A stretch of 62,453 nucleotides of DNA, filler included. It is 4 parts of 4 records of this genome, joined end to end, with 100 filler letters (N's around TTAATTAATTAA, not from the genome) between each part and the next. Parts side by side here need not be neighbours in the genome. Positions count along the whole stretch, not along the records: positions 45,989 to 56,714 come from SRR31156797_317; positions 56,815 to 62,453 come from SRR31156797_351; 2 more parts are not named here. One strand, given 5' to 3'. The translations under genes and the position numbers were made by a program. The first letter of the stretch is position 1, and the number at the start of each line of letters is the position of its first letter. This document shows positions 49,119 through 59,119 of the stretch, piece by piece. The notes under the pieces were generated by a model that was given only the letters and a program-made list of their open reading frames with translations, made no database searches and was not told where the DNA came from.

Positions 49119-50195
49119 ATGAAGTTATTATCTTTTGTATTAAGCTTGTGTATTGCTTTTTCTGTCTTTGCGGAAGACGAAAAAGAAGAATTTACAATTG
49201 TTAAAGAGGTTAAACACACTCCTGTAATAAGCCAGGGACGAACCGGTACTTGTTGGAGTTTTGCCACAACCAGTTTTTTGGAATCTGAAATTATTCGTCT
49301 GGGCTCTCCTGAAACAAATCTTTCTGAAATGTTTTTTGTGCACTACAATTATAAAAACAAAGCTTTTCAGTACCTGCTTTACCATGGGAACAACAATTTT
49401 GGGGAGGGTAGCCTCTCGCATGATGTACTAAAAATAGTTGAAGAAAAAGGCGTAATGTTGTACGACGAATTTCCTGGAATTAAAAAAGAAGGGAAGTACA
49501 ATCATTCGGAGTTAATAGATGCAATGGTAGGCGAAACCGTTAAGCTGAACAAAAAAAAGAAAGGTAAAATTGATGCATCAGATGTTAAAATTTACAATCC
49601 GGTTTTGAAGAAGGAGCTGGGGAAATTACCAAAGAAGGTAAGTACCGAATATGGCGAAGTTACTGCGATTGAATTACGCGACAATTTAAAACTTAATGCC
49701 GATGACTATGTTGAACTTACGTCGTTCAGCCACCATCCTTATTACAAAACCTGTGTGGTGGAAGTCCCAGATAATTGGGCGCACTCACTTTATTATAATC
49801 TACCACTGGATGAGCTGATGGAAGTAATGTACTATGCCCTTAACAATGGGTTTAGCATTGCCTGGGATGGTGATACCAGTGAAAAAACTTTTATCCATAA
49901 AAAAGGCAAAGCAGATGTTGCAGAAAAATACAAAAACAAAGTCGACCAGAAACTTCGACAACGTACCTTTTACGACAGAACCACAACCGACGATCACCTG
50001 ATGCACCTGGTAGGTCTTTCGAAAGACAGCGAAGGAAAAAACTGTTTCTACACCAAAAATTCGTGGGGAACCAAAAGCAATCCATATGGCGGTTATCTGC
50101 ATATGACAGATGACTATATTCGCCTGAAAACTATTGGAATTATGGTACATAAAGATGCTATCCCCGCAGCAATCAGAACCAAAATTGGATTATAA
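49119..50195 (+). CDS. Papain-like C1B cysteine aminopeptidase
   Basis: Signal peptide, QGRTGTCWSF, DDHLMH, KNSWG. Confidence 0.92.
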   Translation: MKLLSFVLSLCIAFSVFAEDEKEEFTIVKEVKHTPVISQGRTGTCWSFATTSFLESEIIRLGSPETNLSEMFFVHYNYKNKAFQYLLYHGNNNFGEGSLSHDVLKIVEEKGVMLYDEFPGIKKEGKYNHSELIDAMVGETVKLNKKKKGKIDASDVKIYNPVLKKELGKLPKKVSTEYGEVTAIELRDNLKLNADDYVELTSFSHHPYYKTCVVEVPDNWAHSLYYNLPLDELMEVMYYALNNGFSIAWDGDTSEKTFIHKKGKADVAEKYKNKVDQKLRQRTFYDRTTTDDHLMHLVGLSKDSEGKNCFYTKNSWGTKSNPYGGYLHMTDDYIRLKTIGIMVHKDAIPAAIRTKIGL

Positions 50196-50401
50196 TGCGT
50201 GAGTTTGAACTAACTGCTGATTATATCGAATTGGTAAAGCTGTTAAAGTTATTGCGGATTGCTCAAACCGGTGGACATGCAAAAATAATTGTTGAAGAAG
50301 GAGAGGTTATTCGTAACGGAGAACCCGAATACCGAAAAAGGGCAAAGTTGGTTAAGGGTGATGTGCTTGAAATTATGGGAGAGAAGATTTTAATTACCTA
50401 G
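50195..50401 (+). CDS. S4-domain RNA-binding protein (YaaA/YbcJ-like)
   Basis: YIEL.KLLK, TGGHAK, NGE.E.RKRAKL. Confidence 0.9.
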   Translation: MREFELTADYIELVKLLKLLRIAQTGGHAKIIVEEGEVIRNGEPEYRKRAKLVKGDVLEIMGEKILIT

Positions 50402-50404
50402 CAT

Positions 50405-50443
50405 AAAAAAGAAGCTTTCTTTCAAAGAGAGCTTCTTTTTTTT
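50405..50443. terminator. Bidirectional terminator
   Basis: A6-GAAGCTTTC...GAGAGCTTC-T8 between convergent genes. Confidence 0.8.
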
Positions 50444-50456
50444 ATATGCTTATTTA

Positions 50457-51272
50457 CTATTTATGCACATGCACATCCATTTGTGGGAACGGAATATTAA
50501 GTCCTTCTTTCTCGAAGGTTTTATATACTTTTTCTGTTAAGTCGAAATAAATTCCCCAATAATTGGCAGCTTCAGCCCAAACTCTTACTACCAAGTTTAC
50601 CGAGCTATCAGCCAACTCGCTAACGGCAATAAACGGTTCAGCCGGATCATTAATAATTCGCTCGTCTGCTTTAATCAATGTCATTAAAACTTCTTTTGCT
50701 TTGTCAACATCATCGCCGTACCCTATGCCAAAAGTAAAGTCAACTCTTCGTTTAGCTTCAACTGAAAAATTCACCATCGATCCGGTAGAAAGACCACCGT
50801 TAGGAATAATAATTGTTTTATTATCCGGAGTTTTAAGAATTGTATTAAAAATCTGAATCTCATTAACAACGCCTGTATGTCCCTGGGCATCTATAAAATC
50901 ACCAATTTTAAACGGTTTAAAAATAAGGATCATTACTCCTCCTGCAAAATTTTGAAGAGTACCCGACAAAGCCATACCTACAGCTAAACCGGCAGCACCT
51001 AAAATAGCTATAAAGCTAGTCATGGCTACTCCCATCATTCCAATCACAGCAATCCATAGCATTAGCTTCAAGCCAATTCCAATTATACTGTTTAAAAATC
51101 CTCGTAATGATGGGTCAACATTTTTCTTTTCCATTCGTCGGCTAATTACACCCCGAATGATTGAAATTACCCACATACCAATAACGAGGGTAATAATGGC
51201 CCCAATTAATTTTGGACCATAATCCATAATAATTCCATAAAGTTGTTCCGAAAGGTTTTCTATTTTTTCCAT
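50457..51272 (-). CDS. mscS: Small-conductance mechanosensitive channel
   Basis: GAAGLAVGMALSGTLQNFAGG, PFKIGD, IPFPQMDVH. Confidence 0.93.
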   Translation of the reverse strand: MEKIENLSEQLYGIIMDYGPKLIGAIITLVIGMWVISIIRGVISRRMEKKNVDPSLRGFLNSIIGIGLKLMLWIAVIGMMGVAMTSFIAILGAAGLAVGMALSGTLQNFAGGVMILIFKPFKIGDFIDAQGHTGVVNEIQIFNTILKTPDNKTIIIPNGGLSTGSMVNFSVEAKRRVDFTFGIGYGDDVDKAKEVLMTLIKADERIINDPAEPFIAVSELADSSVNLVVRVWAEAANYWGIYFDLTEKVYKTFEKEGLNIPFPQMDVHVHK

Positions 51273-51321
51273 AATCTTTAATTTAATTAATCCAATTTAC
51301 AATTATTTCAATAAAATTTCC

Positions 51322-51355
51322 AAAAAAAGGGCTTTAGAAGTATTTCCAAAGCCCT
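51322..51355 (-). terminator. Intrinsic terminator
   Basis: Stem AGGGCTTT/AAAGCCCT with a T-run on the minus strand. Confidence 0.7.
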
Positions 51356-51379
51356 ACCTGAAAAATTCCTTTTTGCCTA

Positions 51380-51646
51380 TTAATTGCTCAAATAAACAAG
51401 TTCTCCTCTTAAATAATGCAAAGTGTCGTTCACATTGCAAAAATTGCTAAGTTCTTCATCTTCTACCGAGATGTTAAAAACCCGCTCAAGGTAATACGTA
51501 AAAATTGTCCAGTCAATATTATCGAACTTCAGGTCGTCGATAAAAGAAGCACTTAGACAAATGTTCTCCTTTGTAACGCCGGTTTTTCGTAATACCCTGT
51601 ACAAATTTCTTCGTAACGATTTTTCTTCTAATGTTTCTGTTTTCAT
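51380..51646 (-). CDS. Acyl-carrier-protein-like protein lacking the canonical Ser
   Basis: ASFIDDLKFDNID...LERVFNISV.DEE...V.D..YL matches the ACP pattern, with DNID in place of DSLD. Confidence 0.7.
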   Translation of the reverse strand: MKTETLEEKSLRRNLYRVLRKTGVTKENICLSASFIDDLKFDNIDWTIFTYYLERVFNISVEDEELSNFCNVNDTLHYLRGELVYLSN

Positions 51647-51787
51647 TGTTTTGTATTAAAATTCGAACAAATGAATTTACGGGTCAAATATATAATTTTT
51701 CGACGAATTATTAAAATCACCCTTACTTTGTCCTTCATGTTCAGCGTTATAGACAGTATAACATTCCAATGGTTGCTTCCATGTTTA

Positions 51788-52318
51788 CTAATCGTTTTTT
51801 AATTTACTATAAACTTTAAGGTTCAGATACTCGCTACCGTGGAGTTCTCCTGCCCGTTCAATACCTTCAAATAAAAAGTTCAACCTCAAAGGAACCTTTT
51901 CACTCCTTTCATTGCCTTCGGCCACCTTAATTTGTACACGATTTAATTTTTGCTTTTGAAAGGCAAACCGAACCAGCTTTTCCACACAAAGCGAAACAAT
52001 ACCTTTACCCTGCATATTTTCAGCCAGCCAATAACCTATTTCCGTTTTCTTATTAATCCAATCAGTATCTTTAAAACCAACAAGACCTGCAAACGTTTCA
52101 TTGTACATAATACAATACACGCTATCCTGCAGGTTTCCAGTATCAATTACACTATTAATAAATACCTCTGTATCTTCAACTTTTTGTGTAAAATCCACAA
52201 ATGGAAGCCATTTTTTTAAATAATCTCGGTTTGAATTGATGGTTTCAAATATTACCCCGGCCATTGATGGTTTTATCTGCTCCAGCCTAATCTTGTCATT
52301 TATCCTTATATGCTCCAT
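51788..52318 (-). CDS. GNAT N-acetyltransferase (RimJ/RimL-like)
   Basis: YLKKWLPFV, EIGYWL...QGKG, N.RS..VP.RL.F..EG. Confidence 0.9.
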   Translation of the reverse strand: MEHIRINDKIRLEQIKPSMAGVIFETINSNRDYLKKWLPFVDFTQKVEDTEVFINSVIDTGNLQDSVYCIMYNETFAGLVGFKDTDWINKKTEIGYWLAENMQGKGIVSLCVEKLVRFAFQKQKLNRVQIKVAEGNERSEKVPLRLNFLFEGIERAGELHGSEYLNLKVYSKLKND

Positions 52319-53207
52319 CCTTCAGTTCATTAAGATCGAAAAGAAAAACCTGTTGCGAAAATACATTGGTTTTCTCACACGAAACCAGCAATTTATCGTT
52401 ACCCCAAAAACAAACTCCTTCAGTTTGTGCACCATTAATTTCTTTTAAGCTTATGTACTGGCTTTTGCCGCCAAAAAAGTTATCTCCTTCAAAATCGTAA
52501 AAGAGCCAAATAAACGAACGATGATTTTGATACCCCACCAAAGCAAGTTTTTTCTTATCACGGCTAAGATCGGCTCCGGTAACTAATCCGTTAACATCAA
52601 AAGTATCAACCGGTAAAATATCGTAATCTCCTCTCTCTTTAGGTAACTTATACAGCCATGTGGTTCGTTCTCCCCAGTTTTTAGTAAATAAATAAAGGTT
52701 TTTTTGAAATGTTAACATTGCTTCACAATCAAAAGGTGTTATTTGATCGAAATAATGATAACGTTTCTGATTCTCGTAATTAAACTCGATCTTTTTTGCC
52801 TCAACTTTTTGTTCTTTCTTCTTTTTAATATCTTTCTTTTTGATTTTGTAAATCCTCAAGTTCTCGCGGCTTCCCATATTGTTGCCAAAGTCTCCGATGT
52901 ATATGTGTTTCGAATCCTGAGCTATCGATTCCCAATCTTTGTTTTTAGCATTTACAATTTCAACTTCACGTCTTATTTTTCCTGAGTCATCAAAAGCATA
53001 CAACGTATTTTTACCTCCACTGTCGTTAAATCCCCAATAAAGGTCTTTGTAAATCATCATCCCCGAGTTTTCAGGTAACTTCCCCGATAGTTCGGGAATA
53101 AACTCCTTTGCCACCAAACTTACTGAAGCATCAACTTGTTTTTTTTGCGGATGCGAACATGAAAAAAGAATGAACAATAATAGAAGGTTGAGAAGTATGT
53201 TAGTCAT
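52296..53207 (-). CDS. Hypothetical lipoprotein, probably beta-propeller
   Basis: Lipobox LFSC; ENSG, NDSG, DWE, IGDFGNN, DCEA, TGAD, QTEG repeats. Confidence 0.7.
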   Translation of the reverse strand: MTNILLNLLLLFILFSCSHPQKKQVDASVSLVAKEFIPELSGKLPENSGMMIYKDLYWGFNDSGGKNTLYAFDDSGKIRREVEIVNAKNKDWESIAQDSKHIYIGDFGNNMGSRENLRIYKIKKKDIKKKKEQKVEAKKIEFNYENQKRYHYFDQITPFDCEAMLTFQKNLYLFTKNWGERTTWLYKLPKERGDYDILPVDTFDVNGLVTGADLSRDKKKLALVGYQNHRSFIWLFYDFEGDNFFGGKSQYISLKEINGAQTEGVCFWGNDKLLVSCEKTNVFSQQVFLFDLNELKDGAYKDK

Positions 53208-53258
53208 CTTTTTATCTTTACTGCAATTTTAGGTACCAAAGAAAGAAATTAAATAGGA

Positions 53259-54080
53259 ATGAAGAAAATTATTGTTGTAATCTTATTTGCCTTTTTAGGA
53301 ACTGCCATTTCATGTGGAAATGCTGATTCAAAAGGGAAAAAGGAAATGGTTTTGATAAAAACCGAATTTGGAGATATAAAATTAAAGCTCTACAACGAAA
53401 CACCGGAACACAAAAAAAACTTCTTAAAATTAGTGGAAGAAGGTTATTATAACGCGTTACTTTTTCATCGGGTAATTAACAATTTTATGATTCAGGGAGG
53501 AGATCCTGATTCAAAAGATGCTGCTCCCGGTAAGCGATTGGGAGGAGGAAGTCCTGGCTATACAATTCCTGCCGAGTTTAATCCGGAGTTTATTCACAAA
53601 AAAGGTGCACTGGCAGCTGCCCGAAAAGGAGGTCCGTCAAATCCTGAAAAACGCTCAAGTGGTTCTCAGTTTTATATTGTTCATGGAGAGGTTTTTACTC
53701 CTGGCAAGCTGGACACTATGGAAATGTCGATGAACAACCGGGCTAAAAAAGAATTCTTTCAGAAGAAATTTGCAGCAGCCAAACCACAATTAGATGAATT
53801 CAGAAAAAACAATGATCGTGATGGCTTTAATATTTATGTTGCAGAAATACGTGCTGCTGCCGATAGTGCCTGGACTACCCAAAAACAGTTCAAATTTACT
53901 GAAAAGCAACGCCAGATTTACACGACCATAGGAGGTTACCCTTCGTTAGATGGAGAATATACAGTTTTTGGAGAGGTTGTTGAAGGCCTGGAGGTTATTG
54001 ACATTATAGCAACAACAGAAGTTGATAGGTATAATCGCCCTAAAAAAGATATTAAAATGGAAGTTGAACTTGTAAAGTAG
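53259..54080 (+). CDS. Cyclophilin-type peptidyl-prolyl isomerase (lipoprotein)
   Basis: AISC lipobox, FHRVINNFMIQGGDP, SSGSQFYIV, LDGEYTVFGEV. Confidence 0.93.
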   Translation: MKKIIVVILFAFLGTAISCGNADSKGKKEMVLIKTEFGDIKLKLYNETPEHKKNFLKLVEEGYYNALLFHRVINNFMIQGGDPDSKDAAPGKRLGGGSPGYTIPAEFNPEFIHKKGALAAARKGGPSNPEKRSSGSQFYIVHGEVFTPGKLDTMEMSMNNRAKKEFFQKKFAAAKPQLDEFRKNNDRDGFNIYVAEIRAAADSAWTTQKQFKFTEKQRQIYTTIGGYPSLDGEYTVFGEVVEGLEVIDIIATTEVDRYNRPKKDIKMEVELVK

Positions 54081-54083
54081 CTT

Positions 54084-54893
54084 ATGCAAAAAATACTTTT
54101 TATCGTTTTTATCCTACTTTTTCCAGGACAGTTAGTCTTGGCTCAATCCCGGATTGTAGAAATATCAACCAATTTTGGGAACATGCAGTTTAAGCTTTAC
54201 GATGATACACCCAAACACCAAAATGCCTTTATAGAACTGGCCAACGAGGGGTATTACAACGAAACACTGTTTTACAGGGTTATCCAGAATTTTCTGATTC
54301 AGGGAGGATCAAAAAGTTCCAAAAATGCACCTCCGGGAAAAAGAATCGGTTACGGAGATCCGGATAAAACAGTTGATGATGAAATTCTGTCTCGTTATTT
54401 TCATAAAAAAGGATCGCTATGTGCGCCTCGCCAACCCGATGAAGTAAATCCATTTAAACAATCCGATATTTCTCAATTCTTTATTATTAAAGGAAGTGTA
54501 CACACTACTGGTGCGCTCGACACCATGGAAATGGTAGTAAACCGGCCAATTAAAAAGAAGATCATTAACAAATACATGACGCCTGCAATTAGAGCTGAAC
54601 TCAAAAAACTTAAAGAAGAAAAAAAAGTTAAGGAATTCAGGGCCATTGCAAACGACGTAAAAGCGAAAATAGAAACAGACTATAACCTTAATCCGGGCCT
54701 TTTAGAATTTACAGAAGCACAACGCAAGGCCTACACAACGGTTGGGGGCTATCCTGAATTAGATGGGAAATACACCATTTTTGGTGAATGCATTTCTGGA
54801 TTTGAGGTAATTGATAAGATTGCAGCACTAAAAACAGACAAAAATAACCGACCATACACCGATGTAAAAATTAAAGTGACAGTAATTAAATGA
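54084..54893 (+). CDS. Cyclophilin-type peptidyl-prolyl isomerase
   Basis: FYRVIQNFLIQGG, SQFFI, LDGKYTIFGE. Confidence 0.9.
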   Translation: MQKILFIVFILLFPGQLVLAQSRIVEISTNFGNMQFKLYDDTPKHQNAFIELANEGYYNETLFYRVIQNFLIQGGSKSSKNAPPGKRIGYGDPDKTVDDEILSRYFHKKGSLCAPRQPDEVNPFKQSDISQFFIIKGSVHTTGALDTMEMVVNRPIKKKIINKYMTPAIRAELKKLKEEKKVKEFRAIANDVKAKIETDYNLNPGLLEFTEAQRKAYTTVGGYPELDGKYTIFGECISGFEVIDKIAALKTDKNNRPYTDVKIKVTVIK

Positions 54894-56227
54894 CAAAGCA
54901 ACTTACCTTCTTATTAGTTCTTCTTATTCTGGTGAGTTCCTGTGTGAAAAAACAAAAATCCCGGGAAGAAGAAACTACTTCATCAAAATCAAAACAAGAG
55001 GCTAAAACCGGACAAAAGGAGGAAGAATGGAACCAAATACTTTCCTCTATTGCAAAAATCGACACTTACGATGGTAACCGCATTCTTGAATCCGGACAGG
55101 GATTTTTTGTTGGACAGAACTTACTGGTCACAAAATATTCGTTGGTTAATCAAGCCACCAATGTGAAAGTAAAACCTTTTGACAGCAACAAAACTTACAT
55201 TGCCCGTGAGTTTGTGGCATTCGACCGCATTAACGACCTGATTGTATTAAAGGTAGACAGTATCATCTGCAAACCGATTGAACTGTACACCGACAGTCTT
55301 CCCAACTTTGCCAAATCATTTTATGTTGCTCCAAAATCGGGAAAAACCCTGCAGTTATTCACAGGAAAAGTGCTAAATCTGACAACTATACGAGGTTCAA
55401 AACTTTATCGAATTACCAACCTCATTCGAAAATCTCAGTTTGGTGCACCAATTTTTGTCTCAAACCATAAAACCATAGGTATTGCCTATTCGGGGACCGA
55501 TAATTTCGAACAACAAAGCTTCGCCATTCCGGCTAAATACATTGCTGAAATGTTGCGAAAAAAGAAAGAGAAACCAGAGCCTCTTGAAGTGCTAAAGAAT
55601 ACTTCGAATGAGAAAATTGCTGCCGAAAACCGAAAAATAAAAGGATTGGTTCTTGAAACCGAAGCAGGAAACATAACAATTAAACTTTTTAACGAAACAC
55701 CAGAATACCGCGATAATTTTATTCGCCTGGCAAAAGAACATTATTTCGACAGTTTGCTTATTCACCGTGTTATTAAGGACTTTGGCATACAAAGCGGAGC
55801 TGCCGATACCCGTTATGCGGAGCCTGGTGCTAATGTGGGGTGGCGTGGTCCGGGTTATACCATACCTGCTCATATTGTTACGGGTTTGTATCACAAACGA
55901 GGCATGATTGGATCGCCACGTAAACCAGACACAAAAAACCAACGACGTCGCTCGGATGGATCTCAGTTTTATATCGTTTCCGGAAGAAAATACTTCGATC
56001 AGGAACTTGATGAACTGGAAGAAGAGAACAATTACAAATTTTCGGCTGCACAACGACAAGCCTATAAAACTTTTGGAGGAGCACCTCATCTTGATGGCAG
56101 CTACACCATTTTTGGGCAGGTTACTTCAGGGATGAATGTGGTGGACAAGATTGTTCAGGTTGAAACAGACAGACGATGGCGACCAGTTGAAGACATTCGT
56201 ATTATAAAGGTGAGGATATTAAAATAA
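54890..56227 (+). CDS. Lipoprotein: degenerate trypsin-like domain fused to cyclophilin
   Basis: VSSC lipobox; GQGFFV, LVTKYSL, DLIVLKV, FGAPIF; C-terminal HRVIKDF.IQSG, SDGSQFYIV, HLDGSYTIFGQV. Confidence 0.8.
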   Translation: MTKQLTFLLVLLILVSSCVKKQKSREEETTSSKSKQEAKTGQKEEEWNQILSSIAKIDTYDGNRILESGQGFFVGQNLLVTKYSLVNQATNVKVKPFDSNKTYIAREFVAFDRINDLIVLKVDSIICKPIELYTDSLPNFAKSFYVAPKSGKTLQLFTGKVLNLTTIRGSKLYRITNLIRKSQFGAPIFVSNHKTIGIAYSGTDNFEQQSFAIPAKYIAEMLRKKKEKPEPLEVLKNTSNEKIAAENRKIKGLVLETEAGNITIKLFNETPEYRDNFIRLAKEHYFDSLLIHRVIKDFGIQSGAADTRYAEPGANVGWRGPGYTIPAHIVTGLYHKRGMIGSPRKPDTKNQRRRSDGSQFYIVSGRKYFDQELDELEEENNYKFSAAQRQAYKTFGGAPHLDGSYTIFGQVTSGMNVVDKIVQVETDRRWRPVEDIRIIKVRILK

Positions 56228-56714
56228 CTCTGCCATTTCCATACCATCCTGCAACCAAAAAGTTTTTAATCCAGCTTTTTGTGCTCCAAAAATGTTTTTT
56301 TCCAGGTCATCTACAAAAAGGGTTTCAGCTGGTTTAACACCTGAATGCTCAATCACTTTTTTAAACGAACTGATTTCGGGTTTACGATCATGAATCTCGT
56401 GTGAATAGTATGCGTATTCAAATAAAGAAGGAAAATCAATTCCATGTTGTGCTTTAAACTCCGGTAATAAATTGTCGATATGGATTTTATTTGTGTTGCT
56501 AAATAAGTAAACCTTATACTTTGCACTTAATTCTTTTAGCTTTTCAACTCGTTTGGCCGGAATATCCAGAATCATTCCATACCAGGCATTGTCTATTTGC
56601 TCATCGCTAGCCTGTGGATTATTTAAAATCTTCCGAACCGTACTTCTAAACTCGGCCGGAGCGATTTTCCCTACTTCCAGGTTGTAAAAAACCGGGTCGG
56701 CATAAGCATTTTTA
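56219..56714 (-). CDS. HAD-family phosphatase (YihX-like), 5'-truncated
   Basis: LFSNTN, SHE...RKP, LFVDD; the frame continues to the spacer. Confidence 0.85.
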
Positions 56715-56814
56715 NNNNNNNNNNNNNNNNNNNNNNNNNNNNNNNNNNNNNNNNNNNNTTAATTAATTAANNNNNNNNNNNNNNNNNNNNNNNNNNNNNN
56801 NNNNNNNNNNNNNN
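56715..56814. other. Artificial contig spacer
   Basis: N-run with TTAATTAATTAA core. Confidence 0.98.
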
Positions 56815-56815
56815 A

Positions 56816-57172
56816 TGGGATATGCAAAGTGGTAAATGCCTTAATACTTTTAAAATATATTCTACTAATATTGTTACTTCAGTAGTAATAAGTCCCGATG
56901 GGAAAACAATAGTTTCTGGAGATTGGGATGGATTTATAAAAGTATATAATACTAAAAATGGAAGCTTAATATACACTACCTACAATCTAAAAAAAAGAAA
57001 TCAATATTTAGCTACAAATCCAGAGGGTTATTTTATAGCAGATGATAATTCCATTGATGAGTTTTTAAGAGTAAGTGAAGCACCATTAAGTCAAAGAAAA
57101 CTTACAGATGAAGAGATAAAGTACTTTAGAAAAAAAGGAAATTTTTTAGATATAGGTAACAAAATCAAATGA
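56816..57172 (+). CDS. WD40-repeat protein, 5'-truncated
   Basis: WDMQSGKCLNTF...VTSVVISPDGKTIVSGDWDGFIKVYN. Confidence 0.85.
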   Translation, partial: WDMQSGKCLNTFKIYSTNIVTSVVISPDGKTIVSGDWDGFIKVYNTKNGSLIYTTYNLKKRNQYLATNPEGYFIADDNSIDEFLRVSEAPLSQRKLTDEEIKYFRKKGNFLDIGNKIK

Positions 57173-59115
57173 TACAAATACTAAAAAGACTAGAGATTAT
57201 AAAATCTAGTATAGCTATAGAAGAAGATGAGATAATAGAACTTCAGATTACTAAGTTAACTAAACTTGATATAGATGATGATGTAAAAATTATCGTTAAA
57301 AAATTGGAAAACATGAACTATGTAAAAGCTTTAAAAGAGATAGATGCCTATCTTTCTAAATATAATGGTGTAGTAAAGTATGTAGATGGGGAGATTCAAG
57401 GGTTGAAACTGGAGCTAAAATCCCTAGAATCAAGCCTTCAAAAGCTAACAGAAGAAAAACTAGAATACCTAAATGATATAGAGGAGTTCAACACACAGTA
57501 CAATCTTCACTTAGGGAAGCTTATCAAAGTGATACTAGAACTAAAAAAAGAGATACTCCACAAACAAATTATCAAACAACAAAAAGAGAAAGATAGATAC
57601 CAAGAAGATCTTCAAACTTTTGAAGAGACAAAAGAGACCATAGATGAACTAAACTCAACTATAAGTGAGCTAGAGGAGGCACTTGAGAGTATAGATGAAG
57701 ATGATGAAAACTATGAGGAGCTATCAAAAGCATATGCTGAACTCAAAGAGGAAGTGGAAAAGTTAAAGGTAGAACTTGAAGCCCAAGAGGAAGAGCTATC
57801 AAAAACAAAAGAGTTTATAGAAGATGAAACTATTGAGGAAGAGTATGAAGAGATTAAGAGCCACTATGAAGAGTATGAAAATGAATACAACCATATCCAA
57901 GAGGAGCAAGAATCAAAGATAAACATAAATGATGAGGAGAAAAAAGAATTAAAAACACTCTTTAGAAAAGCAGCAAGATTATGCCACCCAGATATCGTGA
58001 TAGACAACCTTAAAGAGAAAGCCCATGAGCTTATGCAAAAGCTAAATGATGCTTATAGCAAACAAGATCTAAAGCAAGTAAAAGAGATACTTCATACCCT
58101 AGAAACTGGTGAGGTATTTGAAGTGTCAAGTGATGCTATAGAAGATAAAGAGCTTTTAATCCAAAAGATAAAAGAGTACAAAGATAGTATAAAAGATATA
58201 GAGTCTGAACTAAAAGAGATAAAAGAGGATGATACATACCAAACTATATCTAAACTTGATAGTTGGGATGAGTATTTTGAAGAGTTAAAAAGTGGACTAG
58301 AAGATAAGAAAGTAGAGTTACAAAAAGGAGTAAAAGAGTTTACTAATGAAATTGATGAAAATCAAATACCTGATTGGGTACAAAAAGTTTGGAATTGGGC
58401 AGAAAAAAAAGAAACAGATTTTGAAATAATACCAAAGGACAATCAAACACTACAAAATTTAAAAGCAATTGAAATAGATATATTAATATATGATGACAAT
58501 TTATTATATCCTCAAGAATTGTTGAATTTTAAAAATTTAGAGAAATTAGTAATAGGTTATTTTATGGCTGAACATCTAAATAGTATTGAAGCATATTACA
58601 ATAAGTTTTTTACTGAAATTGTCAATACACAATTAAAAATCAAAGAGTTGGGACTAATTGAATTACAGATTAGTTTTGTTCCCAATAATCTTTCAAATCT
58701 TAAATTAGAAAGATTATGCTTATGGAGTAATAAGATAGAATCACTTCCTGATAGTATTGGAGATATTACTACATTAACAATTTTAGAATTAGCCGATAAT
58801 AATTTATTAAAATTACCAGATACCATAGTTAATCTTAATAATTTAGCAAATTTAGAATTAAAGCAGAATAATAATTTAACTTTAACTGATAAGCAAATCG
58901 AATGGATTATTAAACTAGAAGAAAATGACTGTAAAGTTGAATTGGATGACTACTTAAGTGAGATTGTCTCTGACTATAAAATTGAAAATATAAAAAAAAC
59001 TACATCATCATCTCAAGCAACAGATTTTGATGATCGTAGCTATTCAAGTAGTAATTCATCTTTAAATTATATGGGTGATGGTATGTATATAAATGACAAT
59101 GATAGATGGTGGTAA
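57169..59115 (+). CDS. Coiled-coil + J-domain + leucine-rich repeat protein
   Basis: Long acidic coiled coil; LFRKAARLCHPD...LNDAY J-domain; C-terminal LRRs (LERLCLWSNKIESLPDSIGDITTLTILELADNNLLKLPDTI). Confidence 0.85.
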   Translation: MIQILKRLEIIKSSIAIEEDEIIELQITKLTKLDIDDDVKIIVKKLENMNYVKALKEIDAYLSKYNGVVKYVDGEIQGLKLELKSLESSLQKLTEEKLEYLNDIEEFNTQYNLHLGKLIKVILELKKEILHKQIIKQQKEKDRYQEDLQTFEETKETIDELNSTISELEEALESIDEDDENYEELSKAYAELKEEVEKLKVELEAQEEELSKTKEFIEDETIEEEYEEIKSHYEEYENEYNHIQEEQESKININDEEKKELKTLFRKAARLCHPDIVIDNLKEKAHELMQKLNDAYSKQDLKQVKEILHTLETGEVFEVSSDAIEDKELLIQKIKEYKDSIKDIESELKEIKEDDTYQTISKLDSWDEYFEELKSGLEDKKVELQKGVKEFTNEIDENQIPDWVQKVWNWAEKKETDFEIIPKDNQTLQNLKAIEIDILIYDDNLLYPQELLNFKNLEKLVIGYFMAEHLNSIEAYYNKFFTEIVNTQLKIKELGLIELQISFVPNNLSNLKLERLCLWSNKIESLPDSIGDITTLTILELADNNLLKLPDTIVNLNNLANLELKQNNNLTLTDKQIEWIIKLEENDCKVELDDYLSEIVSDYKIENIKKTTSSSQATDFDDRSYSSSNSSLNYMGDGMYINDNDRWW

Positions 59116-59119
59116 AAAA

